From Candidatus Bathyarchaeota archaeon (GTDB taxonomy: Archaea > Thermoproteota > Bathyarchaeia > Bathyarchaeales > Bathycorpusculaceae): a stretch of DNA of 64,000 nt. Positions 61,822 through 64,000 of the stretch are shown piece by piece; position 1 is the first letter of the stretch; each line of letters starts with the position of its first letter. Where the stretch lies: assembly GCA_963775895.1 (NCBI GenBank), contig CAVZKL010000017.1:128001-192000 (forward strand). Reading direction: 5' to 3'. A model generated the notes under the pieces. That model did not search any database. It was not told the DNA's origin and was given only the letters and a program-made list of their open reading frames with translations. The translations under genes and the position numbers were made by a program.

Positions 61822-62253
61822 TCATCTTCTTTCTGTCAAGATTATGTTTCCGCGGTCTCTTTTGAGTATTCTTAGCTTATCTGGTAGCTTTGCCTTTTCA
61901 TAGTCTTTCCAAGGTACTTCTTTGAAAATCCATCTTTTGCCAAGATGAGCTGCGAGAACCGCGTGCTTGTGGTCGTTGGCCAAGGGAATCAATTCGTCGA
62001 GAAACCTGAAAAGTTTGTCAACTTGCTGCTTTGGAAAATACGCGTAGTACGTAGCGTTCTTAACTTCGAAAGCGTAGACGTCCGCATCTTTTCGAGCCAT
62101 TATGTCAGGCAGAGGGTTGAGGCTTGGATTGCTGACGGGAACACGAACGGAATGGTACCCGTTCTTCTGAAGTAGCTTGACCAATGCATTTTCGCTATAG
62201 AAGCCGCGCTTGCGCCACCGGCGAATAGCGTCTTTGTCGATCTCTCTGACCAT
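61822..62253 (-). CDS. hjc: Archaeal Holliday junction resolvase Hjc-like nuclease
   Basis: G..SE..LV..L...GY..VRVP.S, LPDIMA, AFEVK. Confidence 0.75.
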   Translation of the reverse strand: MVREIDKDAIRRWRKRGFYSENALVKLLQKNGYHSVRVPVSNPSLNPLPDIMARKDADVYAFEVKNATYYAYFPKQQVDKLFRFLDELIPLANDHKHAVLAAHLGKRWIFKEVPWKDYEKAKLPDKLRILKRDRGNIILTERR

Positions 62254-62325
62254 TCGGAGTTGCCTCTGATAGAACCAGAACTATTGTTGATGGAACTTCG
62301 GATAAAAGAGTATTGAATCTCCCTA

Positions 62326-63999
62326 TTAGGACGTTCTGCGTTTCCAAGCTTGAATTGGTATGCTGAGCACAGGCCTTTCGATAAGGCATTCCCTCAAGTA
62401 GTCTTCGAGAGTGGCGGCCGGCACGACTCTGATCTTGTAGTCTTTGACATCGACCGAGTTTTCATAGTTTTTCTGCGGAATCACTACTTTCGTGAACCCC
62501 CAAGCTTCGGCAGCCTTTATCTTCTCGTAGACTCCGCCCACAGCAGTGATCTGAATAGAATCTCCGACGCCCAGGTTAATCTCTCCAGTTACGGCCACGT
62601 CCTGTTTTATTGGTTTCCCTTCGATGAGGGAGCATAGCAGTATCGTCATAGTGACGCCTGCTGACGGTCCATCTACCCCGTATGATTGAGCAAAATCAAT
62701 GTGGGTGAGATAATCTTGTGCTATGTCAAGGCCGTATTTTCGAAGAATTACACTCCTAACCTTTGCTATACTGTCTGAGATGAAGCTTTGACCCTTTGCA
62801 ACTCCCGTGACGTGGTAGTAGCCTCTAATGGAATAGTCTCTGGGAAGTGCATTTCTTCGGACCATTTGAGCTTTCACGTTCAGCACGCTGCCCGTCATCT
62901 CGCCACTGTACGGATCAGTGACCACCGCCAGTCCGTGAATCTGACCCAGTTTCTGCCCCTTGGGCTCAATCTCCAGCAGCTTGCCCCTTTCCTGCATGTT
63001 GTGTTCGAGGATCTGTCTTTGGATTGTCTTGCAGTGCTGTTCAACGGCTTCTATGACATGACGTTTTTGCACTATACTCCCGTCTTCGTTCATCGCCAAA
63101 GTTGAAGCTGTTTTGATTATGGCGATTAATGGTCTGAACCTAGTCGTGAGAGCGTCTTTCTTGTCGCTCCTTCGTCTCCCTTCCTCAACGATTTCCTCAC
63201 ATGCTTCTCTGCTGAACGGAATTAGGTTGAAGCGTTTGACTTCCTGCGCGACAAACTGCACGTATTTGCGCCTATTTTCAACGGTGCTCGGCATGTCATT
63301 GTTCATCCGCACAACTTTGCCGTAACCATATATTCTGTCCATCAAGGCAGGATGCATTTGTGCTATACTGTCAAAATTGCCCGCACCCACTAGGAAGGTT
63401 ATTGCTGGAACTGGCTCTGTCGAAACTGCCATTGCAGCAGTGTCTCCCCCGTTAAGCTTTCCTCTCAGGGTTATGGGCAGTCGCCCGTCCTCCAACACGG
63501 TCAGCAAAGTAACGGCTTCTTCGGGGTCAAGGTTTTTTACTTCATCTATGAAAAGTATCCCCAAAGAAGCGACATGGACATCTCCCGCACTCACTCTCTG
63601 GTGCTCGGGAGTGCCTAAGCCCCCTGTCTGATACGGATCCCAAGCTATTGAACCAAAGAGTTGAGCGCTTCTATGTCCCGTCGCGTCTATGAAGGGAGCG
63701 TGCCCTGAGCTGTTATCTATGAGCAGTTTGGGCACGTCGGATTGTTGGGCTCCACCAATGCCCTTTAGATTTCCGCTTCCACCGAGTTTCGTAAACCACC
63801 AAGTGAAAATTCCGAAGAATATTAGACTTCCGCCAGGGATGAACGTCAAGGGGACGACTCCGACGAACTTGTCGACCAAGTAGTCTACGAAATTGGGGTA
63901 GATATCATGCAACGGTTGACCTGCGTACATGGGATTTGCTATCCAAGTCGTCCATCCTTGGTACATAAAGTAGAATCCTAGGGCTATTAAGAAGAGACC
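62326..63999 (-). CDS. lonB: Membrane-bound archaeal Lon protease (LonB); N-terminus outside the window
   Basis: TM insert, PFIDATG, DPYQTGGLGTP.H.RV, LFIDE, HPAL, DGPSAG (catalytic Ser), TGEI, GGVYEK (catalytic Lys); frame open to the window end. Confidence 0.92.
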   Translation of the reverse strand, partial: GLFLIALGFYFMYQGWTTWIANPMYAGQPLHDIYPNFVDYLVDKFVGVVPLTFIPGGSLIFFGIFTWWFTKLGGSGNLKGIGGAQQSDVPKLLIDNSSGHAPFIDATGHRSAQLFGSIAWDPYQTGGLGTPEHQRVSAGDVHVASLGILFIDEVKNLDPEEAVTLLTVLEDGRLPITLRGKLNGGDTAAMAVSTEPVPAITFLVGAGNFDSIAQMHPALMDRIYGYGKVVRMNNDMPSTVENRRKYVQFVAQEVKRFNLIPFSREACEEIVEEGRRRSDKKDALTTRFRPLIAIIKTASTLAMNEDGSIVQKRHVIEAVEQHCKTIQRQILEHNMQERGKLLEIEPKGQKLGQIHGLAVVTDPYSGEMTGSVLNVKAQMVRRNALPRDYSIRGYYHVTGVAKGQSFISDSIAKVRSVILRKYGLDIAQDYLTHIDFAQSYGVDGPSAGVTMTILLCSLIEGKPIKQDVAVTGEINLGVGDSIQITAVGGVYEKIKAAEAWGFTKVVIPQKNYENSVDVKDYKIRVVPAATLEDYLRECLIERPVLSIPIQAWKRRTS

Positions 64000-64000
64000 T

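Overview
Archaeal chromosomal segment, most likely Bathyarchaeia. This assignment is inferred from the gene set (Fae domain, PolB2 trio, LipS1/LipS2, archaeal PoK/RibK/RibL/Dph5/TrmI/Hjc/LonB, and many small wHTH and Zn-ribbon genes). About 60 genes and one tRNA-Lys(CTT) are present. Roughly 17 genes, including essential ones, are broken by single-base frameshifts, which points to uncorrected sequencing or assembly indels rather than true pseudogenes. Layout: 0-12 kb amino-acid/acyl-CoA fermentation and lipoate synthesis; 12-22 kb ABC exporter and CoA/flavin/diphthamide genes; 22-27 kb accessory patch around the tRNA; 27-36 kb proteases and housekeeping; 36-54.6 kb block with pncB, the PolB2 operon, ABC-2, a kinase, RNase J-like, tandem DUF72 genes and a DapA-like aldolase-Fae fusion; 55-64 kb wHTH-ParA pair, mobA, ABC transporter, Hjc and Lon. 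Strongest leads: (1) a class I aldolase fused to formaldehyde-activating enzyme, which lacks the DHDPS substrate arginine and sits head-to-head with a large unknown protein, a candidate uncharacterised formaldehyde/C1 system; (2) a 49-bp perfectly conserved intergenic element in two opposite-orientation copies 18.5 kb apart, one of them upstream of a wHTH-ParA pair. No database searches were run, so all family calls come from motif recognition.
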